A program made the translations under genes and the position numbers. The notes below the pieces were generated by a model that ran no database searches, was not told the origin of the DNA, and saw nothing but the letters and a program-made list of their open reading frames with translations. Of a stretch of DNA of 26,573 nt, positions 16,301 to 22,970 are shown piece after piece. The number at the start of each line of letters is the position of its first letter. Position 1 is the first letter of the stretch. The DNA is from Gemmatimonadaceae bacterium (GTDB lineage: Bacteria; Gemmatimonadota; Gemmatimonadetes; Gemmatimonadales; Gemmatimonadaceae). The DNA lies in the NCBI GenBank assembly GCA_040901985.1, contig JBBDYC010000001.1, positions 119,618 to 146,190 of the forward strand, given 5' to 3'.

Positions 16301-18623
16301 TCAGGTAGCGCGCCGGGTAGTCGTCGAACACGGTGATGTCGGTGACGAGGCCGGCCCGCGCGTAGTTTCCCTCGATCAGGTCGTGCGAGAGGAGCGTGTT
16401 CTCGGGGAAGCGTGAGTGCGTCGCCGTCTCGAACGCATCGAGGTCGTAGATCCCCTTGCCGGTGAAGCTCCCCTCGCCGAAGAGGTCCTGGTAGACGTCG
16501 GAGACGGCGGTCGTGTACGGATCCACGCCGGGATGGCCGGAGAAGATGCTGGCAAAGCGCGAGCGGTGCGCACTGCCGAACGAGACGCCGACCCGAGGCT
16601 GCAGGATGCCGAATCCCTGCACGACCCGCTGACGCCGCGGATCGTAGACCGCTTGGTTGAGCGGGTGGGCGAGCGCACCGACGAGCAGGACCGCGGCTTC
16701 TGGCGGGAGAACGGTGTCGGCGTCGAGCGTGATGACATAGCGCACGCGCCGGAGCACGGTGATGTCGCCCTCGATCACCGAGAATGGTCCGGCCGGCGCG
16801 CCGCGCAGCGCGCGATTGAACTCGGCGAGCTTGCCGCGCTTGCGCTCCCAGCCCATCCAGATGCCCTGCTGCGGATTCCAGCGCCTTGGCCGATGGAACA
16901 GGTGGAACGCCGGCGCGCCGTCGCCCGCGTAGCGCGCATTCAGCGCGCGGATCCCGGCCACCGCCGCCTCGACGATGGCGTCGTCCGTCTCCAGCGTTTC
17001 CGTGGGCGCGTCGGTGAAATCGCTCAACAGCGCGAAGTGCAGGTTGGCGCCGCGATTCGCGAGGTACTGCACCTCGAGATTCGACAACGCGTCCTCGACC
17101 GTCTCCACGCTGGGCAGCAGCGTGGGAATGACGATCGCGGCCCGGCAGTCCTCGGGCACGCCCGATTCGCGGAAGTCGAGCTTGGGCAGGATGCGCGGTG
17201 GCAGCGTGGTGGACACCAGCTGACTGACGCCCTGCACGGCGATATCGAACGCCGGCAGGATGGTGGCGAGCAGCACGAGCAGCCAGGTCGTCCGCGCGTC
17301 GGGGCCGGCCAACAGGAAGACGAGCGCGAGGGCGATCGCCGTTCCACCCGCGACTCCGGCGGTGTAGACGACGAGCGGGTGCCGCAGCGCCCACCGCTGC
17401 AGCCGAACACCCGGCGTCGCGACGTAGCCGGTCTCCCGCTCCAGCTCGGCCACGCCGTCGTCCACCAGCCAGTGGCCGACGTGCGACTGTCGGGGCGCGC
17501 CCGCGTGCGCTTGGGCGAGCGCCACGACGCGCCGGGCGACGTCGGGTTCCTCGAGCGCCGCCCCGCGGGCGATCCGCTCCACCGCGTGGCGGTACGCGTC
17601 GCGGGTGGCGAAGGTCATCCGCGGGTAGACCCCGGCCGGATCCCCGCGCAGGATCCGCTCCATCAGGCTCTGCGTCTCGACGAACTGCTGCCAGTCGCGC
17701 TGGGCGATGCCGCGCAGGCTGGTGATGCTGTTGGCCATCACGAGCGTGGTCAACGCAAGATGCTGGGCGGCGCGCGTGGCCGCGTCGGTCGGCGTAAGTC
17801 CTTCCTCGGCGAACCACTGCTCGAGCCTGACCAGCGGCGGCACGGCGCCGGTGGCAGAACGCAATTGCTGGAGGAGGCGCGACACGAACGCCGGCGTGAC
17901 CGGTGGGCGGGCGGTCACGAACCCCCCGAACGCGGTGCGCATCGCCGCCGCGTCGCCAGCCGACTCCTCGAGGATCCGTTCGGCCCAGCCGTCGGCGGCC
18001 TCGATCTCGTCGAGGCGCCGGACGGTGCGCAGCGCCATCCGTCGCACGCTCTCGATCAGGCCGAGCCGGAGCATCGCCGGAATCGCCCAGAGCTCGCCGA
18101 TCGTGAGGGGATGCGACTCCTGGAACGCGCCGACGAAGCGGTCGGCGTCCTCGATGTCAATCCGGCCCTCGGTGTGGGAGATCAGCGTGATCGCGATCTC
18201 GTAGACGCGCGGGTACTCGGTGAGCGGCCCCTCCACAAGCAGCGGCAACTCGCGGAAGTAGTCGCTCGGCAGGCTCTCGTGGACCTGCCGGGTGTGCTCG
18301 CGGATGACGTGGATGTTGTCAAGCAGCCAGTCGCCGGCTGGCCCGACGTCGGTTCCTCTCGCGGCCGCGGTCGCGAGGCGCGCGTGGATCGCGTCGAGGA
18401 GCGTGCGGGTGTGCGAGAGGCGGACGAGGAGCCGCGCCGGGCGCGCGCGCACCCGCCGGCGGCGGCGTTCGGGCGCCGAGCGCTGTTCGTGGGCCAGCGC
18501 GCGCGCCCGCTCGGCCAGTTGCTCGGCGCCCAGCAGCTCGCCGCGAATCGGTCCGGCATAGACGTCCTCCGCCGTCGGCGGCGGGCGACGCGGGGTGTGC
18601 GGACCGTGCAGGCGTGGGCGCAT
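10347..18623 (-). CDS. ndvB: Cyclic beta-1,2-glucan synthase (GT84 + glycoamylase-like transglycosylase + GH94 phosphorylase), NdvB/ChvB/Cgs family
   Basis: About 2760 aa. WLLDN, WMGWERKRGKL, VITLDADT, LLSHDLIEG, RWIRGDWQL, RTSPTNIG, YDLLASESRL, SWSGSMFEYLMP, QSSGAYGFRDQLQD, GDWNDGMN, ENGAQYTH and GWTWYTGSA motifs. ATG 18623 is preferred because a -10 element sits at 18656-18661. Confidence 0.95.
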   Translation of the reverse strand: MRPRLHGPHTPRRPPPTAEDVYAGPIRGELLGAEQLAERARALAHEQRSAPERRRRRVRARPARLLVRLSHTRTLLDAIHARLATAAARGTDVGPAGDWLLDNIHVIREHTRQVHESLPSDYFRELPLLVEGPLTEYPRVYEIAITLISHTEGRIDIEDADRFVGAFQESHPLTIGELWAIPAMLRLGLIESVRRMALRTVRRLDEIEAADGWAERILEESAGDAAAMRTAFGGFVTARPPVTPAFVSRLLQQLRSATGAVPPLVRLEQWFAEEGLTPTDAATRAAQHLALTTLVMANSITSLRGIAQRDWQQFVETQSLMERILRGDPAGVYPRMTFATRDAYRHAVERIARGAALEEPDVARRVVALAQAHAGAPRQSHVGHWLVDDGVAELERETGYVATPGVRLQRWALRHPLVVYTAGVAGGTAIALALVFLLAGPDARTTWLLVLLATILPAFDIAVQGVSQLVSTTLPPRILPKLDFRESGVPEDCRAAIVIPTLLPSVETVEDALSNLEVQYLANRGANLHFALLSDFTDAPTETLETDDAIVEAAVAGIRALNARYAGDGAPAFHLFHRPRRWNPQQGIWMGWERKRGKLAEFNRALRGAPAGPFSVIEGDITVLRRVRYVITLDADTVLPPEAAVLLVGALAHPLNQAVYDPRRQRVVQGFGILQPRVGVSFGSAHRSRFASIFSGHPGVDPYTTAVSDVYQDLFGEGSFTGKGIYDLDAFETATHSRFPENTLLSHDLIEGNYARAGLVTDITVFDDYPARYLTYSRRKHRWIRGDWQLLGWLRATVPGLEGRERNRLSGLSRWKILDNLRRSTVEIAQFAFLIAGWTVLAGSPLRWTALALLNVAAPWIISLGLALFRPASDVSVGAYYAALFRDAITSAQQVALSLVFLPHQAWLSTDAIIRTLWRLAVTRRRMLEWQSAALTEASVSGALSRNWRAMWPAVAIPLGIGGAIIGLADDRGVALLAPLATLTALWIAAPFIAHALGKPVVRVVAPISAAAREVARRYARAHWEFFARYVTAETAWLAPDNVQHDPAEVVALRTSPTNIGLQLLSTISAHDLGFLPLEEMVGRLEQAFASIERLPRHRGHLYNWYALPDLRVLAPAYVSTVDSGNFAGHLIALAQACDELAWQVLPEQQALAPRLRALAEQADRWVQETDFGFLYDPSTKLFAIGFNTDTHRYDRSSYDLLASESRLASFVAIATGDVPVEHWFHLGRTLTWARGSAALVSWSGSMFEYLMPILVMRAIPGTLLGETYEAAVGRQMHFGAEQGAPWGVSESAYNVRDRHLTYQYRAFGVPDLALQRGAGRDHVVAPYASALAVMVDPEPAIANLRTLEALGALGTYGFYDALDYSRPPDGHPFTLVRCHMSHHVGMTLVALTNALLHRRWPERFHADSRVRAAALLLDERVPRHLEFEPPQHTYDDEAAPSTVLTRPVVREYATAQSQRPHVALLGHAPLTAMVTHAGSGYCRYENLAVTRWRPDGTSDDTGLYCYVADITRGHVWSSGHQPTGTIADTYHAHLATDRVTLRRRDGEIETVTEIAVVPEDAARIERITVTNNGGTVREVELTSYGEIVLAPRAADRVHPAFSNLFVETEWHNWCHAITATRRPRSADEKPLWMVHVLDTGRDRVGDVSFETDRARFIGRGRSTRAPAALEPGATLSGTTGAVLDPIVALRTRVRLPPGRSASVTFTTLVATSRERAFVLADRYHGAHAAQRALDLAWTSTQIELRELGISAAEAAACQDLVAYLLFPDSVLRAPRTTRARDDGWQQTLWTHGISGDMPVMLALIESTDGLPTLQSLLTAHRYWRLRDVTVDLIVVVNEPQGYLQELENRIVALILATGGSAVMNAAGGVHVRNRGTLGPADVDTITAVARLRIDCDGRSLARVVDTLGRTLDAPSDREAATAAAAVPAKASVDRTEASAAPVAREAVAREAVAREPLAFDNGIGGLTADGRYRIHLRGDAIPPAPWANVIANARGGFVVTERGAGFTWAGSSYFFRLSPWSNDPVSDPVGEALYLRDEATGEYWSPTPAPVRSDLPYVVEHGPGLTEFRHERTGIATTLSLGMAGDDPVKLAILRITNRSDRPRTLTLTSYVAWTLGTLREQTQHRVGTAFDPDRSAILAENPFEPQFAAWTAFSAMSGPVSSHTGDRRDFIGRNGTPEQPTALHRPELLGRTGLGVDPCAGLRRKIALVPGEARTVVILLGAAPSEAEALRLVDTYRDVAAAEAALAGSLAQWEERLGTVTVQTPEPAFDAIVNRWSLYQAWACRMFARSAVYQSSGAYGFRDQLQDAMAFVYANPSMARAHILRAAARQFPEGDVQHWWHPETGRGVRTRFSDDLAWLPFVVEHYVRVTGDSTVLDETVPFLTMRALQPEEHEAYDRPEVSAESASVYTHGVRALLKACTRGAHGLPLIGTGDWNDGMNRVGAAGRGESVWLAWFLIATLRSFARICDARGDGDVAADFRTRADGYAGAVESDGWDGAWYRRAFYDDGTPLGSAADRECRIDAIAQSWSVLAGGNDPARQARAMDALAEHLVDPAARLIRLLTPPFDETDRDPGYIKGYVPGVRENGAQYTHAALWAVQAAARRGEGDRAFDWFQMLNPFTHGDTAEKIATYRVEPYVVAADVYTAEGALGRGGWTWYTGSASWTYRVGLEDIVGFRKEGDALRIEPCVPESWPELRVKYRFGSAMYEIVVERPGLLRARGAAVTLDGQPRDDGAIPLSDDGARHTVRIAPKAAN
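12756..12799. repeat. In-frame 15-bp tandem repeat (x3) encoding VAREA in a Cgs interdomain linker
   Basis: CTCGCGCGCGACCGC at 12756, 12771 and 12786 (last copy 14/15). Confidence 0.9.
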
Positions 18624-18655
18624 TGCGGGGACTGGGGGGCTGAACTGACCCACGA

Positions 18656-18692
18656 ACTATACCCCGCGCACCGAACGCCAAGCGAGTATTTT
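18656..18692. promoter_or_regulatory. Compact divergent promoter: -10 TATAGT (minus, cgs) and -10 TATTTT (plus, probably leaderless peptidase mRNA)
   Basis: Two TANNNT hexamers in a 74-bp intergenic gap. TATTTT is 5 nt before ATG 18698 with no SD. Confidence 0.4.
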
Positions 18693-18697
18693 ACGGA

Positions 18698-20815
18698 ATG
18701 CCGACCTTGCTGCGGTCCTTCGCCCTCGCCGCGAGCGCATTGGTGCTCGCCGGCCCATCGCTGCGTGCGCAGGCAGTGTCCGCGCCCGCCGTCCCCGACG
18801 ATCCGTTCGTCTGGCTCGAGGAGGTCGAGTCCGAGCGCTCCCTCTCCTGGGTGCGCGACCGGAACGCGCGTTCCCTTGGCATCCTGCAGGGCGATTCGCG
18901 CTACGCCCCACTCCACGCCGCGGCGCTGGAGATCGTGCACGCCTCGGATCGCATTCCATCGCCGAGCTTTCTCGGCGACGCGATCGTCAACTTCTGGCAG
19001 GACCCGACGCACGTGCGCGGGATCTGGCGGCGGACCACGCTCGACAGCTACCGCTCGAACGACCCGCAGTGGACGACGATCCTCGACGTGGACGCCATCG
19101 CCCGCGCCGAGAACGCCAACTGGGTGTACCGGGGCGCGAACTGCCTGCCGCCGGCGTACCGGTACTGCCTCATCTCGCTCTCCGACGGCGGCAAGGACGC
19201 GGTGACGGTGCGCGAGTACGACGTCGAGGCGCGCCGCTTCATCGCCAACGGCTTCGTGCTCCCCGAGGGGAAGCAGTCGGCCACCTGGGTGGACCGCAAC
19301 ACCCTGCTGGTGGGGCGCGAGTGGACGCCGGGTGAAGTCACCGGCGCGGGCTATGCGTATGTGGTCAAGCGCGTGACGCGGGGCCAGCGACTCGACCACG
19401 CGCGCGAGGTCTTCCGGGGGCGCCCGACCGACGTCTCGGCGAGCGCCTTCACGCTCCGTGACGCCGACGGGCTCGTTCGCGCCGTGATGATCGTGAATGG
19501 GCGCACCTTCTGGGAGGCGGACTACCACCTCCTGACGACCACCGGCACGGTGCCGCTGTTGTTTCCGGCGCGGGTCAACCTGCAGGGAATCGTCGGCGAC
19601 CGCCTGGTCTTCACGACGAACCAGGACTGGAACGAGTGGCGCTCGGGCGACGTGCTCTCCTACGACCTCGCGACGCTGCTCGCCCGGCCGGCCGACGCGC
19701 GCGCGGCGCTCGTCGTCCGCCCGGGGCCGCGCGAGGCGGTGCAGGGGACGACGCTCACCCGCAACCAGCTGATCGTCGCGCTCTACGAGAACGTCCGCGG
19801 CGCCGCCTACGCCTTCGCGCCAGGTCCGGACGGTTGGACGCGCACGCGGCTTGCGATTCCCAAGAACCTCACCGTGGGACTCGGCTCCGCCACCCGCCGC
19901 TCCGACCGCCTCTTCGTTTCCGTCTCCGGCTTCACGACGCCGAGCACGCTGCTGTTGGCCGACGTCGCCGCGGGGACGGTCGAGCCGGTGAAGGCGTCGC
20001 CGCCAAAGTTCGACGCGACGGGGCTGGTGGTCGAGCAGTACGAGGCGACGTCGTCCGATGGGACGCGGATCCCGTACTTCATCGTACGGAAGGAGGGGGC
20101 GCCGCGCGACGGCACCACGCCGACGCTGCTGTACGGCTACGGCGGCTTCCAGTCGTCGCAACTGCCGTCGTATTCGGCGTTGCGCGGGAAGCTCTGGCTC
20201 GAGCGGGGCGGCGCCTACGCGGTGGCCAACACGCGCGGCGGCGGCGAGTTCGGCCCGTCGTGGCACCAGGCGGCGATTGGCGCCAACCGACGGCTGGCGC
20301 ACGACGACTTCATTGCCGTCGCCGAGGACCTGATTGCCAAGGGGTTCACCTCGCCGCGCCGCCTCGGGATCATGGGCGGCAGCCAGGGCGGCCTCTTCGT
20401 CGGCGTGGCGATGACCAAGCGGCCCGAACTCTTCAACGCCGTCGTCATCCAGGTCCCGCTCTTCGACATGCTGCGCTACCACCGGTTGCTCGCCGGCGCT
20501 TCGTGGATGGGGGAGTACGGCAACCCCGACATCCCGGAGGAGCGCGCCTGGATCGCCGAGTACTCGCCCTACCAGGCGATCGCGCCGGGGCGGGCCTATC
20601 CGGAGCCGCTGATCCTCACGTCCACCAAGGACGACCGGGTGCATCCGGGCCACGCCCGCAAGGCAGCCGCCAAGCTCGAATCGCTCGGCTATCCGTATCT
20701 CTACTACGAGAATACCGACGGCGGGCACGGGGCGGCCGCCAATCTCCTCGAGACGGCGCGGCGCGCCACGCTCGAGTACGTCTATCTCACGCGCAAGTTG
20801 ATGGACACGCCGTGA
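18698..20815 (+). CDS. Secreted prolyl oligopeptidase (S9A)
   Basis: Signal peptide. DDPFVWLEE, LLYGYGGF, RGGGEFG, nucleophile GGSQGG, DDRVHP and GGHG motifs. Confidence 0.95.
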   Translation: MPTLLRSFALAASALVLAGPSLRAQAVSAPAVPDDPFVWLEEVESERSLSWVRDRNARSLGILQGDSRYAPLHAAALEIVHASDRIPSPSFLGDAIVNFWQDPTHVRGIWRRTTLDSYRSNDPQWTTILDVDAIARAENANWVYRGANCLPPAYRYCLISLSDGGKDAVTVREYDVEARRFIANGFVLPEGKQSATWVDRNTLLVGREWTPGEVTGAGYAYVVKRVTRGQRLDHAREVFRGRPTDVSASAFTLRDADGLVRAVMIVNGRTFWEADYHLLTTTGTVPLLFPARVNLQGIVGDRLVFTTNQDWNEWRSGDVLSYDLATLLARPADARAALVVRPGPREAVQGTTLTRNQLIVALYENVRGAAYAFAPGPDGWTRTRLAIPKNLTVGLGSATRRSDRLFVSVSGFTTPSTLLLADVAAGTVEPVKASPPKFDATGLVVEQYEATSSDGTRIPYFIVRKEGAPRDGTTPTLLYGYGGFQSSQLPSYSALRGKLWLERGGAYAVANTRGGGEFGPSWHQAAIGANRRLAHDDFIAVAEDLIAKGFTSPRRLGIMGGSQGGLFVGVAMTKRPELFNAVVIQVPLFDMLRYHRLLAGASWMGEYGNPDIPEERAWIAEYSPYQAIAPGRAYPEPLILTSTKDDRVHPGHARKAAAKLESLGYPYLYYENTDGGHGAAANLLETARRATLEYVYLTRKLMDTP

Positions 20816-20828
20816 CCGGGGCGGTGCG

Positions 20829-21596
20829 ATGACCCCCTGGGTCACCCGACTGCTCGCGGCCAACGTGGGGATGTTCGCGCTGCAGGCAATCCTCCCGCTG
20901 GTGAACGAGCTCTTCGTCTTCATCCCGCGGCTGGTGCTCTACCGGCCGTGGACGGTGGTGACGTACATGTTCCTGCACGGGGGCTTCACGCACCTGCTGT
21001 TCAATATGTTGGTGCTCTTCTTCTTCGGGTCGCGCGTCGAGTCGCGGCTCGGGTCGCGGCGGTTCCTGATCCTGTATTTCCTCAGCGGCATCACCGGGGC
21101 GATCGCCTCACTGATCTTCACGCCGAACGCCGGCGTCATCGGCGCCTCGGCCGGGATGTACGGCGTGATGATGGCGTTCGCGATGTTCTGGCCACGCGAA
21201 CGGATCTACATCTGGGGCGTCCTGCCGATCGAGGCGCGCGTGTTGGTGATCCTCACCACGGGATTCGCGCTCTACGCGGGGTTCGGCGGCGGTAGCGGCG
21301 GGGTGGCCCACTTTGCGCACCTCGGGGGGTACGTCGGTGCCGTGGTCTATCTCTGGTGGCTCCGGCGCAATTCGGGGGCGAGCCAATTCCGTCGCCAGGT
21401 CGAGGCGGTGACGCCGGTCGCCAGGCGCGTTGTCGGATTGCGGCGCGAACAGCTCCGGCTCGACGGCGTGCACGAGATCACGCGCGAGGAGGTGGACCGC
21501 ATCCTCGACAAGATCACTGCCGAGGGGATGGCGAGCCTGACGCCCCAGGAGCTGCAGTTCCTGTCGAACTTCGCCCCTATGGACGACCGCCGCTGA
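20829..21596 (+). CDS. Rhomboid intramembrane serine protease with C-terminal soluble domain (DUF6576-like)
   Basis: FLHGGFTHLLFNM, GASAG and AHFAHLGG motifs. Tail EVDRILDKITAEGMASLT. Confidence 0.93.
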   Translation: MTPWVTRLLAANVGMFALQAILPLVNELFVFIPRLVLYRPWTVVTYMFLHGGFTHLLFNMLVLFFFGSRVESRLGSRRFLILYFLSGITGAIASLIFTPNAGVIGASAGMYGVMMAFAMFWPRERIYIWGVLPIEARVLVILTTGFALYAGFGGGSGGVAHFAHLGGYVGAVVYLWWLRRNSGASQFRRQVEAVTPVARRVVGLRREQLRLDGVHEITREEVDRILDKITAEGMASLTPQELQFLSNFAPMDDRR

Positions 21597-22779
21597 CCGG
21601 CTCGAGCCGGACGATCGCTGTCGGGGCGCCGCCGCGGTCGTCCATCGCCAGGTAGATGTAGCCGTCGGGGCCCTGCCGCACGTCGCGGATCCGGCCGCGC
21701 TGTTCGACGAGTCGCTCCTCGCTCACCACGCGCTGGCCATCGAGCGTAAGGCGCGAGAGCACTTCACCCACCATCCCGCCCGAGAAGACGCTCCCCCGCC
21801 AGCCGGGAAACTGGTTGCCCGTGTAGAGCAGGAGCCCTGACGTGGCGATGGACGGCACCCAGACCTTCGCCGGCTGCTCCATTCCCTGGCGCGTCGTGCC
21901 GCTGTGGATGTTGGTGCCGCTCCGGTAGTTCACGCCGAAGCCGATCACCGGCCAGCCGTAGTTGCGGCCGGCCTGGATGAGATTGAGTTCGTCGCCGCCC
22001 TGTGGGCCGTGCTCGGTCGCCCAGACATCGTTGGTCTCGGGGTGGACAACGAGGCCCTGCGCATTCCGGTGGCCGTAGCTCCAGATCTGCGGCAGTGCGC
22101 CCTCGCGGCCTACAAACGGATTGTCGGCGGGGACGCGGCCGTCATCGTGCAGGCGCAGGACCTTGCCGTGGTGCGTCGAGAGGTCCTGCGACGGATGCGA
22201 CTCGAGGTCACCCGTCGGCGGCACCTGACGGTCGCCGATGGTGATGAACAGGTAGCGGTCCTTGTCAAAGGCGAGCCGCGACCCGTAGTGCCCGCGCCCC
22301 GCCGACCAGACCTCGGCGACGAGGAGCTCCTGCACGTTCGTCAACCGGTCGTTCTCGAAGCGCGCGCGGATGATCGCGGTCGTCCCGCGGGTCGTGTCGT
22401 CGCTCGCCTTGGAGTAGCTGATATAGAGGAGTCGGTTGGTGGCGAAGTCCGGGTGCGGGACGACGTCGAGCAGCCCGCCCTGATTCCCCGCGCGGATCGG
22501 CGGCAGGCCCGCCACCGGCTCGGGGAGGAGTTGGCCGTTGCGCACGATGCGCAGGCGCCCCGGCCGCTCCGTGACGAGCATCTCCCCGCTCGGCAGGAAG
22601 GCAATCGCCCACGGGTTCACGAGCCCCTCGGCCACCGGGACGATCCGATACGCGTGGTGCGCCGAGCGCAGGACGCCGTCCTGCGCGGCGTTCTGGGCCG
22701 TCAGTGGCGCGGCGAGCGTGACGGCGCCGAGCGTGATCGCGATGGCGGCGAGCGGAAAGGCACGGATGGGAGCGGACAT
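21577..22779 (-). CDS. PQQ-dependent aldose sugar dehydrogenase (GSDH/YliI family)
   Basis: Signal peptide. LVTERPGRL, QGGLLDV, HYGSRL, SYGHRNAQG, EHGPQGGDELN, NYGWP and RIRDVRQGPDG motifs. Confidence 0.93.
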   Translation of the reverse strand: MSAPIRAFPLAAIAITLGAVTLAAPLTAQNAAQDGVLRSAHHAYRIVPVAEGLVNPWAIAFLPSGEMLVTERPGRLRIVRNGQLLPEPVAGLPPIRAGNQGGLLDVVPHPDFATNRLLYISYSKASDDTTRGTTAIIRARFENDRLTNVQELLVAEVWSAGRGHYGSRLAFDKDRYLFITIGDRQVPPTGDLESHPSQDLSTHHGKVLRLHDDGRVPADNPFVGREGALPQIWSYGHRNAQGLVVHPETNDVWATEHGPQGGDELNLIQAGRNYGWPVIGFGVNYRSGTNIHSGTTRQGMEQPAKVWVPSIATSGLLLYTGNQFPGWRGSVFSGGMVGEVLSRLTLDGQRVVSEERLVEQRGRIRDVRQGPDGYIYLAMDDRGGAPTAIVRLEPVSGGRP

Positions 22780-22929
22780 CGGATTCTCGTCGGTGACGGC
22801 CGCGCCGCGGGAGGCGGGCGCGACGCGTGAATCGGCACGCCTCGGAATCTGGCCGATGCGCCGACGAAGGCAAGCGGCGCGAGCCGAGGTTGCGTGCGAT
22901 GGAAGGGTGCCGGTGGGGCGGTGAGGCAG

Positions 22930-22966
22930 TGGTATCGTCGCGCCTTCACCTCACCTCCGTGGAGGT
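22930..22966 (+). promoter_or_regulatory. Extended -10 (TGgTATCGT) followed by an SD-occluding inverted repeat ACCTCC-GT-GGAGGT
   Basis: Read directly. SD GGAGGT at 22961-22966 lies 4 nt before ATG 22971. Confidence 0.45.
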
Positions 22967-22970
22967 CCCA

